From Ignavibacteriota bacterium (GTDB lineage Bacteria > Bacteroidota > Ignavibacteria > UBA10030), in the NCBI GenBank assembly GCA_963701295.1, contig OY969585.1:416001-480000 (forward strand): 64,000 nt of DNA, in the 5' to 3' direction. The position numbers and the translations under genes were made by a program. The notes under the pieces are model-generated. The model saw only the letters and a list, made by a program, of their open reading frames with translations, did no database searches and was not told the origin of the DNA. Of the stretch, positions 40,679 to 54,206 are shown piece after piece; within the stretch, counting starts at the first letter, position 1; every line of letters begins with the position of its first letter.

Positions 40679-41123
40679 CTATTCCTCAATATTTTTCAAT
40701 CTGTAATTTTCGACATGGAATGGTCTTTTTTCATTTTGTTTCTCAACGAGAAAATGATATCCGCGACCAGGAAAAATATTAGCTTTATAGGAATGATAGT
40801 CTTGCTTTGGAATATAAACTGGACAACCAGTATTAAGATATTCACAAAGACTTCGATATGGAATAAAATAGCATCGTTGCAATTCTCCATTACCAATAAG
40901 TAAGAGCGCGTCGGTATATTTATGTATTGTTTGAACATCACAAGGAGTAAAACCAAAAAAGTATCTATCTCCATTCGAAAGATTTGCATATTTAGTCAAC
41001 ACACGCCTGTCATTTCCAATTTTAACAGCCTTGATGAATCCTCTTTCATGCTCAATTGCTTTTATGGGTATTTTATTATCTAACAAACGTCTGAATAAAA
41101 TTCAGACTCAAATCCGGTCCCAT
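40679..41123 (-). pseudogene. AT-rich hypothetical gene inside the 5S-flanked islet, probably frameshifted near its 5' end
   Basis: GGAG RBS and ATG at 41123 give MGPDLSLNFIQT, which joins the 40679-41086 ORF (LLDNKIPIK...) if one base at 41085-41087 is removed. Confidence 0.6.
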
Positions 41124-41270
41124 GATTTATCTCCAAATTAGTCATATTCATCAGTTTCACATTTCAGTGGATGTATTTCATATATTAGTACACATATTCA
41201 TTGTACAATTTACAAGGGTTTGATAATGAATGAAGTACGATAATCGAAGTACTTGTGGAAAGGCTCACAA

Positions 41271-41310
41271 AAAGAAAACCCCGAGCAACTTTCGTTACTT
41301 GGGGTTTTAA
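41271..41310 (-). terminator. rRNA operon terminator
   Basis: Minus strand AAAACCCCAAGTAAC-GAAA-GTTGCTCGGGGTTTTCTTT hairpin directly after 5S. Confidence 0.85.
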
Positions 41311-41316
41311 TTTAAA

Positions 41317-41432
<116 letters not shown>

Positions 41433-41535
41433 AAAACACAATTGAGAAGTAATGCATAAAGCTAAACTCTGTTTCGAATTTCTAATGATGACCTCCATCT
41501 TCGAGATAATCATATCGATGGATCAACAAAAATTA

Positions 41536-44552
<3,017 letters not shown>

Positions 44553-44747
44553 AAAAATCTTTGTTGATACACAGACAGATCATCTCAATTACGAGATGAA
44601 GGTGCATCATTAGAATTTCGGACAGAAAAACTTGAAAATTATATTAGGTTATGCATTTGGAATAATCGTTCGCGTCGTTTGCTCGTCAAGCAATTTTCAT
44701 TACTTGACAGCTACTAGTCGTTACTAAAATTATTCACACTTCCCAAT

Positions 44748-44759
44748 TGTCAAAGAACA
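44748..44759 (-). promoter_or_regulatory. Spacer boxA antiterminator
   Basis: TGTTCTTTGACA between tRNA-Ala and 23S. Confidence 0.75.
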
Positions 44760-44802
44760 ATCTAAACTTGAATTTCGAAATTTCAATTTCGAAATTCTTT
44801 TG

Positions 44803-44876
44803 TGGAGCTGGTCGGGATCGAACCGGCGACCTCCTGGTTGCAAACCAGGCGCTCTCCCAAGCTGAGCTACAGCCCC
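44803..44876 (-). tRNA. tRNA-Ala(TGC), CCA not encoded
   Basis: GGGGCTGTAGCTCAG...TTGCA...GGTTCGATCCC...AGCTCCA. Confidence 0.97.
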
Positions 44877-44906
44877 GTAGCTGGCGTCCAGACACATACC
44901 ACAGTG

Positions 44907-44980
<74 letters not shown>

Positions 44981-45095
44981 AGCGTGTTAAACTAACACAG
45001 GACGATAAAGAAAATAAAAAGTGTGCACGTCTTTTGCCAACATAGTTGGGCAGAATTGTAATGAGATGTTCGTTCCGATTGCTCGGACGAGATCT

Positions 45096-46640
<1,545 letters not shown>

Positions 46641-46745
46641 GAATTTTTATATTCTCAATTTCAAGTCTGATGACCTAATCTCTGAGTCGTTAGACTTTTC
46701 GAATAGGGTTGAAACCCAGCTAAATTGACATTTGTCGTGCACACT

Positions 46746-46794
46746 TTTTCAAAGAACATCCTTACGATAAAAATGCCCATCTTCAATGGGCATT
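46746..46794 (-). promoter_or_regulatory. rrn leader boxB-boxA
   Basis: AATGCCCAT-N5-ATGGGCATT hairpin followed by TGTTCTTTGAAAA on the minus strand. Confidence 0.75.
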
Positions 46795-46841
46795 CAAAAT
46801 TTTTCTCTAAGGAACCTTCCGCCTTTATCGTGCGGGTTGTT

Positions 46842-46870
46842 AATATAGTATTTCATTTCTTAAATGTCAA
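46842..46870 (-). promoter_or_regulatory. rRNA operon sigma70 promoter
   Basis: TTGACA-N17-TATATT. Confidence 0.85.
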
Positions 46871-46898
46871 CACCTATTTCTCAGGAAATGAAAATAGT

Positions 46899-47576
46899 TC
46901 ATCGTTGACGTAAGATTTCTTGTCGGACTTGCTTTTCTAATCGAAGGTGTTCTTCAGCAGATATTTTAAACCGGTCTCGAAGGATATCCAACCGATCCAA
47001 ATCTTGGGGAGTTATAGATCCACTTTTCCAACTATCAACAATCGCTTGCAGATAGATCTCGAGTTGGACTTCTTGTTCCAAATCCATATTCTCTTGATCA
47101 CTAATTCCCATCGCTTTTCGAAGCGTCACTAAGATGGCATTTTCATCCTTGCTTAACGCGCCATCTGACCATGCGTGCTTAAGTGCCTGAGCGTATGCCT
47201 GAATAGAAACAACAGGTACTGTCGATGGGGCCTGTGTTCCTTTTTGTATGTCAGTCCGTTTTTTTTCTTCTTCCTGTTGCTGGCGAGACTTTTCTTCTTC
47301 CTGTTGCCGACGAGACTTCTCTTCTTCGCGTTGCCGACGAGATTTTTCTTCAACCTGGCGCCGTGTTTCTTCCACCAGACGCTTGCTCGCTAACTCCGTT
47401 TGCCGTTGGACTTCTAATGCTTGGCGTTCAGCCATTCCCGCACGGTTTTTCTCTTCTTCAACAAACTTATCGATGACAGGAGAAGATAAGGCAACCGCCG
47501 CATCTTTCTTTTTCTGCTCAAGAATCTTGCGCTTGAGTTCCTCAACTTTCCGTCGTTGTTCGTCCAGATCCGGCAT
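46899..47576 (-). CDS. Hypothetical protein: charged coiled coil plus two helical repeats
   Basis: EKSRRQ(Q/R)EE repeats; two Y-x2-A-x4-W-x2-G-x(11)-LR-x4-IS-x2-E-x3-LE units; own promoter. Confidence 0.8.
   Translation of the reverse strand: MPDLDEQRRKVEELKRKILEQKKKDAAVALSSPVIDKFVEEEKNRAGMAERQALEVQRQTELASKRLVEETRRQVEEKSRRQREEEKSRRQQEEEKSRQQQEEEKKRTDIQKGTQAPSTVPVVSIQAYAQALKHAWSDGALSKDENAILVTLRKAMGISDQENMDLEQEVQLEIYLQAIVDSWKSGSITPQDLDRLDILRDRFKISAEEHLRLEKQVRQEILRQR
47263..47343. repeat. 3 x 27 bp in-frame tandem repeat
   Basis: TTTTCTTCTTCCTGTTGCTGGCGAGAC / TTTTCTTCTTCCTGTTGCCGACGAGAC / TTCTCTTCTTCGCGTTGCCGACGAGAT. Confidence 0.9.
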
Positions 47577-47644
47577 AGTTTAGAAGCAATTCACTTTATT
47601 TATAATTAAAACAATTTTGATACCTAATAATTCCATGTTACTTG

Positions 47645-47673
47645 AATATATTCAAATCGTCCCCGAATGTCAA
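47645..47673 (-). promoter_or_regulatory. Sigma70 promoter
   Basis: TTGACA-N17-TATATT upstream of the 47576 start. Confidence 0.75.
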
Positions 47674-47716
47674 CGAATCAGACATCATCTTCACTTTCGC
47701 ACTATAAACAGCCAAA

Positions 47717-47890
47717 TCACAGTTTATCCGGTAACTCGCTGAAAGCGCTTCCGAACAAGTCGTCGGCGATCTCAGAGGAATCTACGAAATCGTGAAATTC
47801 GAGTCCCACCTGTTTCTTTTGCTTCAGGTAAAACAGAACCAAAGAAATTGCTGCTCCGGCCAATAATCCAATCAGAACATATTTCTTCAT
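47717..47890 (-). CDS. Small single-pass membrane protein (57 aa, below ORF-track cutoff)
   Basis: MKKYVLIGLLAGAAISLVLFYLKQKKQVGLEFHDFVDSSEIADDLFGSAFSELPDKL; AGAGAG upstream. Confidence 0.7.
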   Translation of the reverse strand: MKKYVLIGLLAGAAISLVLFYLKQKKQVGLEFHDFVDSSEIADDLFGSAFSELPDKL

Positions 47891-47994
47891 CGACTCTCTT
47901 TGTCTGTGGAAGTGAAATTAAACCATCACTGACTTTCTCTGAGTATGGAATGCTGATCTTTTAGCCACCACCCATACGAAGAAGTCGAATCGGG

Positions 47995-48210
47995 TTATGC
48001 CGCAGGTGGCGGTGTTGGCTGTGTTTCTCCTTCGGCCATCTTTGCTTTCACGTCCTGAACTTCGTTGCGAATCTCCTGCGCTTTCTTTTTCAGGTTTGCC
48101 ATGTGCTTCCGAAGACGCACACCTGCCGATTTATTTTCTTTTATATAAAATTTCTCAAAGTCCGCTTTGAATGTTGCTACGAGTTCCAGCAATTCTTGAT
48201 ACCGATCCAT
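47995..48210 (-). CDS. Histone H1-like (Hc1-type) small protein
   Basis: DFEKFYIKENKSAGVRLRK matches the NK(S/A)AG-x-R-x-RK core; GGAG RBS. Confidence 0.85.
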   Translation of the reverse strand: MDRYQELLELVATFKADFEKFYIKENKSAGVRLRKHMANLKKKAQEIRNEVQDVKAKMAEGETQPTPPPAA

Positions 48211-48386
48211 CTTGTTGCTCCTATCGATTATTTACGCTTGTTAGTTATAAGCTTTTGCTTAAATTTGGAATAATCAAATTACTCATTTATCTGAATGCGA
48301 ATTTCTCTATTGAATGAAATATTAAAAAATGGAATTTTAACGCAAGCATTGTTTTAATGTGTTGATTACATTAAAATTTCGCCAGT

Positions 48387-48415
48387 AAGATACGCATTTG
48401 ATTCGGAGAAGTCAA
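48387..48415 (-). promoter_or_regulatory. Sigma70 promoter for the H1-like gene
   Basis: TTGACT-N17-TATCTT. Confidence 0.55.
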
Positions 48416-48535
48416 AGAGAATTGGCGAATTTTTTGTAAAATCGCAATCACCCTCAAAACGTGTAAAAAAGAAACCTTTTTTATTAATATCCAGTGTGGC
48501 AGCTATAACCATTGAATACGAACAAGGTCCCCCTT

Positions 48536-48922
48536 TTAACGTTTTGTACCAGACTGTGGAAAAATCACTGAGAGGCGCTTCACTACATAATCAGTCGAAA
48601 GAGGTTTTACGAGATATGCTGATACTTTGTACGAAAGAAGTTCCCTGACAAGATCTGTTTCACTATGTGAAGTGACCATGACTACCGGTAAGTCCTGATA
48701 GTCAGAAATGGCGCGGATGGACTTGAGCGTCTCTTTTCCATTCATGATGGGCATTTCGTAATCGAGAAAAACAACATCCGGTTTTTCTGTGGAGAGTTTT
48801 CTGAGTGCGTCTTTTCCGTGTACCGCTTCGATAATCTGTGCGTCAAATACTTTAGTTAAAATTTTCCCCAGGAGCATTCTGCTTTCAATACTATCATCTA
48901 CGATAAGTGCTTTCATCAACAT
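48536..48922 (-). CDS. Stand-alone (CheY-like) response regulator
   Basis: LIVDDS, LDYEMPIMNG, MVTS, YLVKP; TTGCGA-N17-TATATT promoter at 48955-48983. Confidence 0.92.
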   Translation of the reverse strand: MLMKALIVDDSIESRMLLGKILTKVFDAQIIEAVHGKDALRKLSTEKPDVVFLDYEMPIMNGKETLKSIRAISDYQDLPVVMVTSHSETDLVRELLSYKVSAYLVKPLSTDYVVKRLSVIFPQSGTKR

Positions 48923-49020
48923 CTTGACCCCCAAAATGTGATACTGTTCCTTTCAATATAGCAACCTGTACTGTTAATCGCAATCTATTGTTGTAAGATT
49001 CCTATATCATTGGCTCATTA

Positions 49021-49054
49021 GCTTATTGGGTGAAGTGACTTCACCCTACGTATT
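49021..49054. repeat. GTAG-type REP-like palindrome, copy 1
   Basis: GCTTATTGGGTGAAGTGACTTCACCCTACGTATT; near-identical to 57505-57539. Confidence 0.8.
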
Positions 49055-49363
49055 CTTCTTCTACTCTGCGTCAATAGCACATCATAAAAGTTTGATGCTC
49101 ACTTCCATTGGTCGCTCGATTGGAGTCTATACTGGTCGGCCCCTCTCGTGCTGAGCGGCGGAAGCAACCGCTGCAGTTTAACAAATTGCTGTGTGATTGT
49201 TGCAATTATATTGGATTTCATATATAATATTAACAGTTCAATAAGTTATAACAAGGCAACTTCGTTTATCGGCAAGCGTTGTATGCAATTGTCGGCTGTG
49301 CTGATATAAAACAGGAAGAGAAAGACGGTACCCTAACATAAGGCAGAAAGGAAAAATGTTTTC

Positions 49364-50596
49364 ATGAGTTTCTTTGATGATAAAATTGCAGAAAGGCTTG
49401 GAGGAATCAATTTTGGCAAATCTACAAAGATTTACAAATTCGAACTGATCAAACGAGCCAAGGCAGCAGCAAAAATTGCACACCCTGAATTAACTATCAT
49501 TGACATGGGTGTTGGAGAGCCTGACTGGCCAGCAGATCCACTTGTTGTAGAAACCCTATCGCAAGAAGCAGGAAAACCTGAAAATCGTTGGTATGCTGAT
49601 AATGGCATCCCTGAATTTCAACATGCTGCCGCTCAATATTTACACAATGTTTTCGGAGTGCAGATTAAAAATCCGACAGAGCATATTGTCCATGGAATAG
49701 GATCAAAACCGGTTCTTGCAATGCTTCCAATCTGTTTGATCAATCCGGGAGACATTTTTCTCACAACAGTACCCGGATATCCGATATCAGCGACCTATAC
49801 AAAATATCTTGGAGGCGAAGTATTCAACCTTCCTCTCCTTGAGTCCAACTCATTTCTACCGGATTTAGGATCTATTCCGCCTTCCATTTTGAAAAAATCA
49901 AAAGCCCTCTACCTGAATTATCCAAATAATCCTACCGGAGCTACGGCAACGCCGGAATTTTTCAAGCATGCAGTTGACTTCGCACAGCGCAATGGAATCG
50001 TTATTATTCACGATGCCCCCTATAGTGCGCTGATCTATGACGATTATAAGCCGTTAAGCTTTTTGTCTGTTGATGGAGCTATGGATGTTGGTGTCGAAGT
50101 CCATTCATTATCGAAAGCGTTCAACATGACGGGTTGGAGAATAGGTTTCTTATGCGGGAATTCCAAAGCTGTCAAGGCCTATGCAACGGTGAAAGACAAC
50201 ACTGATTCAGGGCAGTTCCGGGCAATTCAGAAAGCAGCGATACAGGCCTTCCATCATTTGGAGATCACACAGGCAACCGTAGACAAATACTCGAGAAGAT
50301 TTGAATTGCTCATCCAAGCACTTTGCGAAGTAGGATTCAAGGCAAAAAAGCCCAAAGGATCATTCTATTGTTATGTACCTGCGCCAATCGGTACGGAAAA
50401 AGGAGACGTATTTAAAACAGCATCGGAGTTTTCGGATTTTCTCATTCGATCAGCTTTGATTTCAACGGTTCCATGGGATGATGCCGGGAAATACATTCGA
50501 TTCTCAGTAACATTTGAAGCCGATTCCATCGAACATGAAAAAGAAGTACTTGATGAAATGAAAAATCGGATGAAAAAATTGAAGTTGAAATTCTAA
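49364..50596 (+). CDS. dapL: LL-diaminopimelate aminotransferase
   Basis: PLP class I/II motifs (YLNYPNNPTG, DAPY, SLSKAFNMTGWRIG); N-terminus AERLGG..FGK..IYKFE; adjacent dapF. Confidence 0.85.
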   Translation: MSFFDDKIAERLGGINFGKSTKIYKFELIKRAKAAAKIAHPELTIIDMGVGEPDWPADPLVVETLSQEAGKPENRWYADNGIPEFQHAAAQYLHNVFGVQIKNPTEHIVHGIGSKPVLAMLPICLINPGDIFLTTVPGYPISATYTKYLGGEVFNLPLLESNSFLPDLGSIPPSILKKSKALYLNYPNNPTGATATPEFFKHAVDFAQRNGIVIIHDAPYSALIYDDYKPLSFLSVDGAMDVGVEVHSLSKAFNMTGWRIGFLCGNSKAVKAYATVKDNTDSGQFRAIQKAAIQAFHHLEITQATVDKYSRRFELLIQALCEVGFKAKKPKGSFYCYVPAPIGTEKGDVFKTASEFSDFLIRSALISTVPWDDAGKYIRFSVTFEADSIEHEKEVLDEMKNRMKKLKLKF

Positions 50597-50740
50597 AACG
50601 GACGCCGGAAGACTAACAAGTGCCAACCAGCAACAAACAACAGCCTAAGTGCGAGGCACCGTTACACTCCGAATCGTACATTAAGCAAAATATGTTGGCG
50701 CATGAAGAACTGCAGCGGGAAAAAGAAAGAAGAACATGCT

Positions 50741-51586
50741 ATGAAATTCCATAAATACCACGGGCTTGGCAACGACTACATCGTCATCGATCCAAGGGAA
50801 ACGAACCTAACGTTAGACGAGCCAACAATAAGACTCATCTGCAATCGAAATTATGGAATTGGATCTGACGGAATATTGTATGGCCCTGAGATAAAAGATA
50901 ATATTTTCAAATTGAGAATATTCAATCCTGATGGGAGCGAAGCTGAAAAAAGCGGCAACGGGTTAAGAATATTTTCTCGTTACTTATGGGACATCGGTTT
51001 AGTGAAAACAAATCCGTTTATCATCAATACCATCGGCGGAAATGTCCAATCGGAAATCCTCAACAACGGCGATTTAATCAAAATTGAGATGGGAAAAGTT
51101 TCATTTCTTGCTGCAGACATTCCTTATACGGGCGAAGGAGGAGAAGTTCTCAACAGGAATTTCACCATACGAGGAAAAACCTTCCGGTACTGTGCTGCAA
51201 ATATCGGAAATCCTCATTGCGTCGTTCTATGCGATGAGATATCTCCTGAACTTGCTCAAGAGTACGGGCCACATATTGAGAAGAACGCACTATTTCCCAG
51301 AAAAACCAATGTTCAGTTCATGAAAGTTATTGACAAAAAACATATCCAGATTGAAATTTGGGAAAGAGGTGCCGGGTATACATTGGCATCGGGAAGCAGC
51401 AGCATCGCTTCAGCAGCAGTTGCTTTTAAATTAAGTTTGTGTGAAAACAACATAACTGTGAACATGCAAGGCGGGAAACTCAATATTGAATTCACCAACG
51501 ATTTTAGGGCGACCATGACCGGCCCTGTGATAGCAGTCTGTGAAGGAATAATACAAGAAGACTTCTTTAAAAAAAGCAAAAGGTAA
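50741..51586 (+). CDS. dapF: Diaminopimelate epimerase (Ser in place of the usual Cys residues)
   Basis: KYHGLGNDY, GIGSDG, NPDGSEAEKSGNG, GNPH, WERGAGYTLASGSS. Confidence 0.92.
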   Translation: MKFHKYHGLGNDYIVIDPRETNLTLDEPTIRLICNRNYGIGSDGILYGPEIKDNIFKLRIFNPDGSEAEKSGNGLRIFSRYLWDIGLVKTNPFIINTIGGNVQSEILNNGDLIKIEMGKVSFLAADIPYTGEGGEVLNRNFTIRGKTFRYCAANIGNPHCVVLCDEISPELAQEYGPHIEKNALFPRKTNVQFMKVIDKKHIQIEIWERGAGYTLASGSSSIASAAVAFKLSLCENNITVNMQGGKLNIEFTNDFRATMTGPVIAVCEGIIQEDFFKKSKR

Positions 51587-51715
51587 AACCGCCACCCCCT
51601 TGCATTAGGAGTGAAAAACGACATGTGTTATAATTGACATAGTCATATACCATGCAACTTCATTATGAGCTAGGGCACCTCATCCTTTGAAATACTTTGA
51701 AAGGTTAACTTATTG

Positions 51716-52591
51716 ATGTCAAGCATAATATCGGGTCTTCTTGCAACATGGAGAATCCTTTGGAGATCAGGATTGTTCCTTGTCATTTGGGGATTTTTGT
51801 TAGCACCGTTCATTATACCATTTAGTTCGGGACTTGTAAAGTGGACACATACATCTCCGATGGAAGCACGATTATATTCCGACATTGCATGTGCAGTAAC
51901 AATATTGGTAGCCACATGGTTCATAACACGATTCATTGACCATCGTCCCTTTCTAACAATTGGATTCGCTTCCGGCCACATCTTAAAAGATAGTCTCGTT
52001 GGATTAGCGGTGGGAAGCATTTGGTTGGGAGCGTCTATCGGTACTGCTTGGCTCTTAGGCTGGGCATCACCCGTAGCACCAGTTGGTTTTGTCTGGCCGG
52101 TATTGGCGGGATCTGCGATCGCCATGCTTTTTAATGTCCTCACACAGGAACTTCTCCTCTGTGGATTTATTTTTCAAACGATCCGACGCCAATCCAATGC
52201 TGCCATCGCAATGGTAGTATCGGCAATATTATTTGCAAGCCTCCATGCCGGCGCATTTAAAGGTGAGTGGTTGCCCGTGGTCAATGTATTTGCCGCAGGA
52301 CTGCTCTTTTGTCTTGCGTATATCATCACCGGCAATTTGTGGTTTCCCATCTCCATTCATTTTGCATGGGATGTATTATTGGGGCCGGTACTTGGGTTAA
52401 CTGAAAGCGGCATAAGTAATTTAGGGGGCGGTTGGAAAATATTTGTGATCAATGGTCCGCAATTGTTTACCGGCGGTACATTTGGTTTAGAAGGCGGTTT
52501 CATAGTGACTTTCACAGTTTTTTTCAGTATTGTTTTGATGTATCTTTTTCAACGTCAGAAAATCCGAACACTTTTTTGCAAGGTGCGCTAA
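51716..52591 (+). CDS. CPBP/Abi (CAAX) family intramembrane protease-like protein
   Basis: QELLLCG (degenerate EE-x3-R), LFASLH, LWFPISIHFAWD, GGTFGLEG. Confidence 0.85.
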   Translation: MSSIISGLLATWRILWRSGLFLVIWGFLLAPFIIPFSSGLVKWTHTSPMEARLYSDIACAVTILVATWFITRFIDHRPFLTIGFASGHILKDSLVGLAVGSIWLGASIGTAWLLGWASPVAPVGFVWPVLAGSAIAMLFNVLTQELLLCGFIFQTIRRQSNAAIAMVVSAILFASLHAGAFKGEWLPVVNVFAAGLLFCLAYIITGNLWFPISIHFAWDVLLGPVLGLTESGISNLGGGWKIFVINGPQLFTGGTFGLEGGFIVTFTVFFSIVLMYLFQRQKIRTLFCKVR

Positions 52592-52771
52592 CCAGCCATC
52601 CAAGCTGACGAGCATTTTAACGGCTGGAAAGCACATAGCATTCTGCTCACATCGCTTATATATTTGAAATAAAGTTTTATCAGTATTCGCCCCGTTGTTT
52701 TTCCGCTGTGGACGAATTATCCGCACCTCGCAAAACAGCAGGATAAACACTTAAATATTACACGATAGAAC
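52586..52771 (+). other. Degenerate attC-like site
   Basis: Stop codon lies within CGCTAAC followed by N8-CAAGCTGAC (left-arm pattern); right arm only as decayed CTTAA-N8-CGATAG. Confidence 0.35.
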
Positions 52772-52826
52772 TACAAGAAATTTACCTTAAATAATTAAGT
52801 ACAGAACAATTAAAAGGAATACCCAT

Positions 52827-53481
52827 ATGAAGTTTTCGACATTACAACGATTAGGCGGAATTGCAATAATATTTGGTTCAGTAACTTTTTACTGCGTGGG
52901 CAATCTGCTGGACAATGCTTTTGCCGGTGCATGAACGAGTCCGAGACGTATCTCTCATGATTTTACATCCTCATTGGATATGGATCGCTTCATTAGCTTT
53001 TCCAGGTATTGTTTTCATGATTTTTGGTTATACGGCGGTCTATTCAAGATTGTACCATAAAGCCGGTATTCTAGGTTTCGTTGGATATGTATTTATAACT
53101 TTAGCGTATATTTTTCAAGCCGCAAAAGTAACCTGGGAAATTTTTGTATATCCCATTATCGTGAGTTATGCACCTTCTCTTCCACTCTTTTCGGAAAAAA
53201 TTTTAATGCAGCACCCTCAATTCATTTTATTCCGATGGCTGGCAAGTGCAACCATTTTTATCGGTGTTATTCTTTTTTGTATCACATTAATACGAAGCCG
53301 TGAATTTCCCAAAAGCGCAGGAATCCTGATTTTATGCGGCGCAGTGATTTATGCTGTCGGCCCGATCCTTAACGTTTATGTAGCAATCGCAGGAGTTCTG
53401 ATACTTTCTATTGGGTGTTTTATTCTGGGATATACAATGTTTTCCGATGTGAAAGAAGAGTCAAGGAGTGTTAAACTATAA
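52827..53481 (+). pseudogene. Membrane hypothetical protein with a one-base frameshift
   Basis: RBS and ATG at 52827 give MKFSTLQRLGGIAIIFGSV, which joins LFTAWAICWTMLLP... if one A at 52883-52884 is removed. Confidence 0.75.
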
Positions 53482-53506
53482 GAGATAATATATTTGGAGG
53501 CTGTGC

Positions 53507-53961
53507 ATGATTTGTACCACCGGTAAATTTAGTTTACTTGAACAATTATGGATGCAAATAACATTTGATGGAATATGGATACTAGGTTTAATATCAATTT
53601 CAATTATCAATCCGTTTATTTCAATAGTGTATTTTCTTTTTTGCTTTTTTGGAATATTTTTTCTAATCATGCATTTATGGATTTGTCCAAGATGTCCGCA
53701 TATCAAAGAGTATTCGGCATGTTCTCAATTCCTTCCGTTTCTTACAAAAAAATAATTAAAGAAAATGTTTCCGGTAATTTAAAGCTATATGAAAAAATTG
53801 GGTTCTGGATAATATTGTCTGGAATATTTATTTTTCCATTATTTTGGGTACTCAAGAATCGATATTTCATTCTTCCGTACTTCATACTTGGTTTCATGCA
53901 TTATTCAACATACTATGTTCACTTTTGTAAGAAATGCATCAATATATACAACACCATATAA
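53507..53961 (+). pseudogene. Cys-motif small membrane protein, frameshifted in an A7 run
   Basis: GGAGG RBS; ...ICPRCPHIKEYSAC...LTKK* continues as IIKENV...FCKKCIN in another frame at 53746-53752. Confidence 0.7.
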
Positions 53962-54172
53962 GTCTCCGATTCTCTTCGTCAAAGGCGCAGCCGTCTCTTG
54001 GGGAAAACTGCTCATAGATTCAAAATTTAATGATACAACGACAAACAATGGGAACAAAATAAACGAAATAGACGTTCATTTATTTATCGAGTATATACAA
54101 GAAAACCGTTGGCAAGAAAAAGGAGCTTGGCTATCCCTGCACTCCCCTCAAAATTGTTTTTAAAGAATTCAA

Positions 54173-54187
54173 CTAAAATCATTTTAA
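54173..54187 (+). promoter_or_regulatory. PerR/Fur-like 7-1-7 operator candidate
   Basis: CTAAAAT-C-ATTTTAA (11/14 to Per box TTATAAT-N-ATTATAA), about 20 nt upstream of catalase. Confidence 0.5.
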
Positions 54188-54206
54188 GCCGAGAAGGAGA
54201 CAAACG

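Noticed and set aside
47263-47343. 27 bp repeats as a CRISPR array
   Set aside because: Repeats are contiguous without spacers, in frame in a CDS, and there are no cas genes in the window.
49090-49330. Lysine riboswitch or SRP RNA upstream of dapL
   Set aside because: Only a short GC hairpin; the conserved L-box and SRP motifs are not found.
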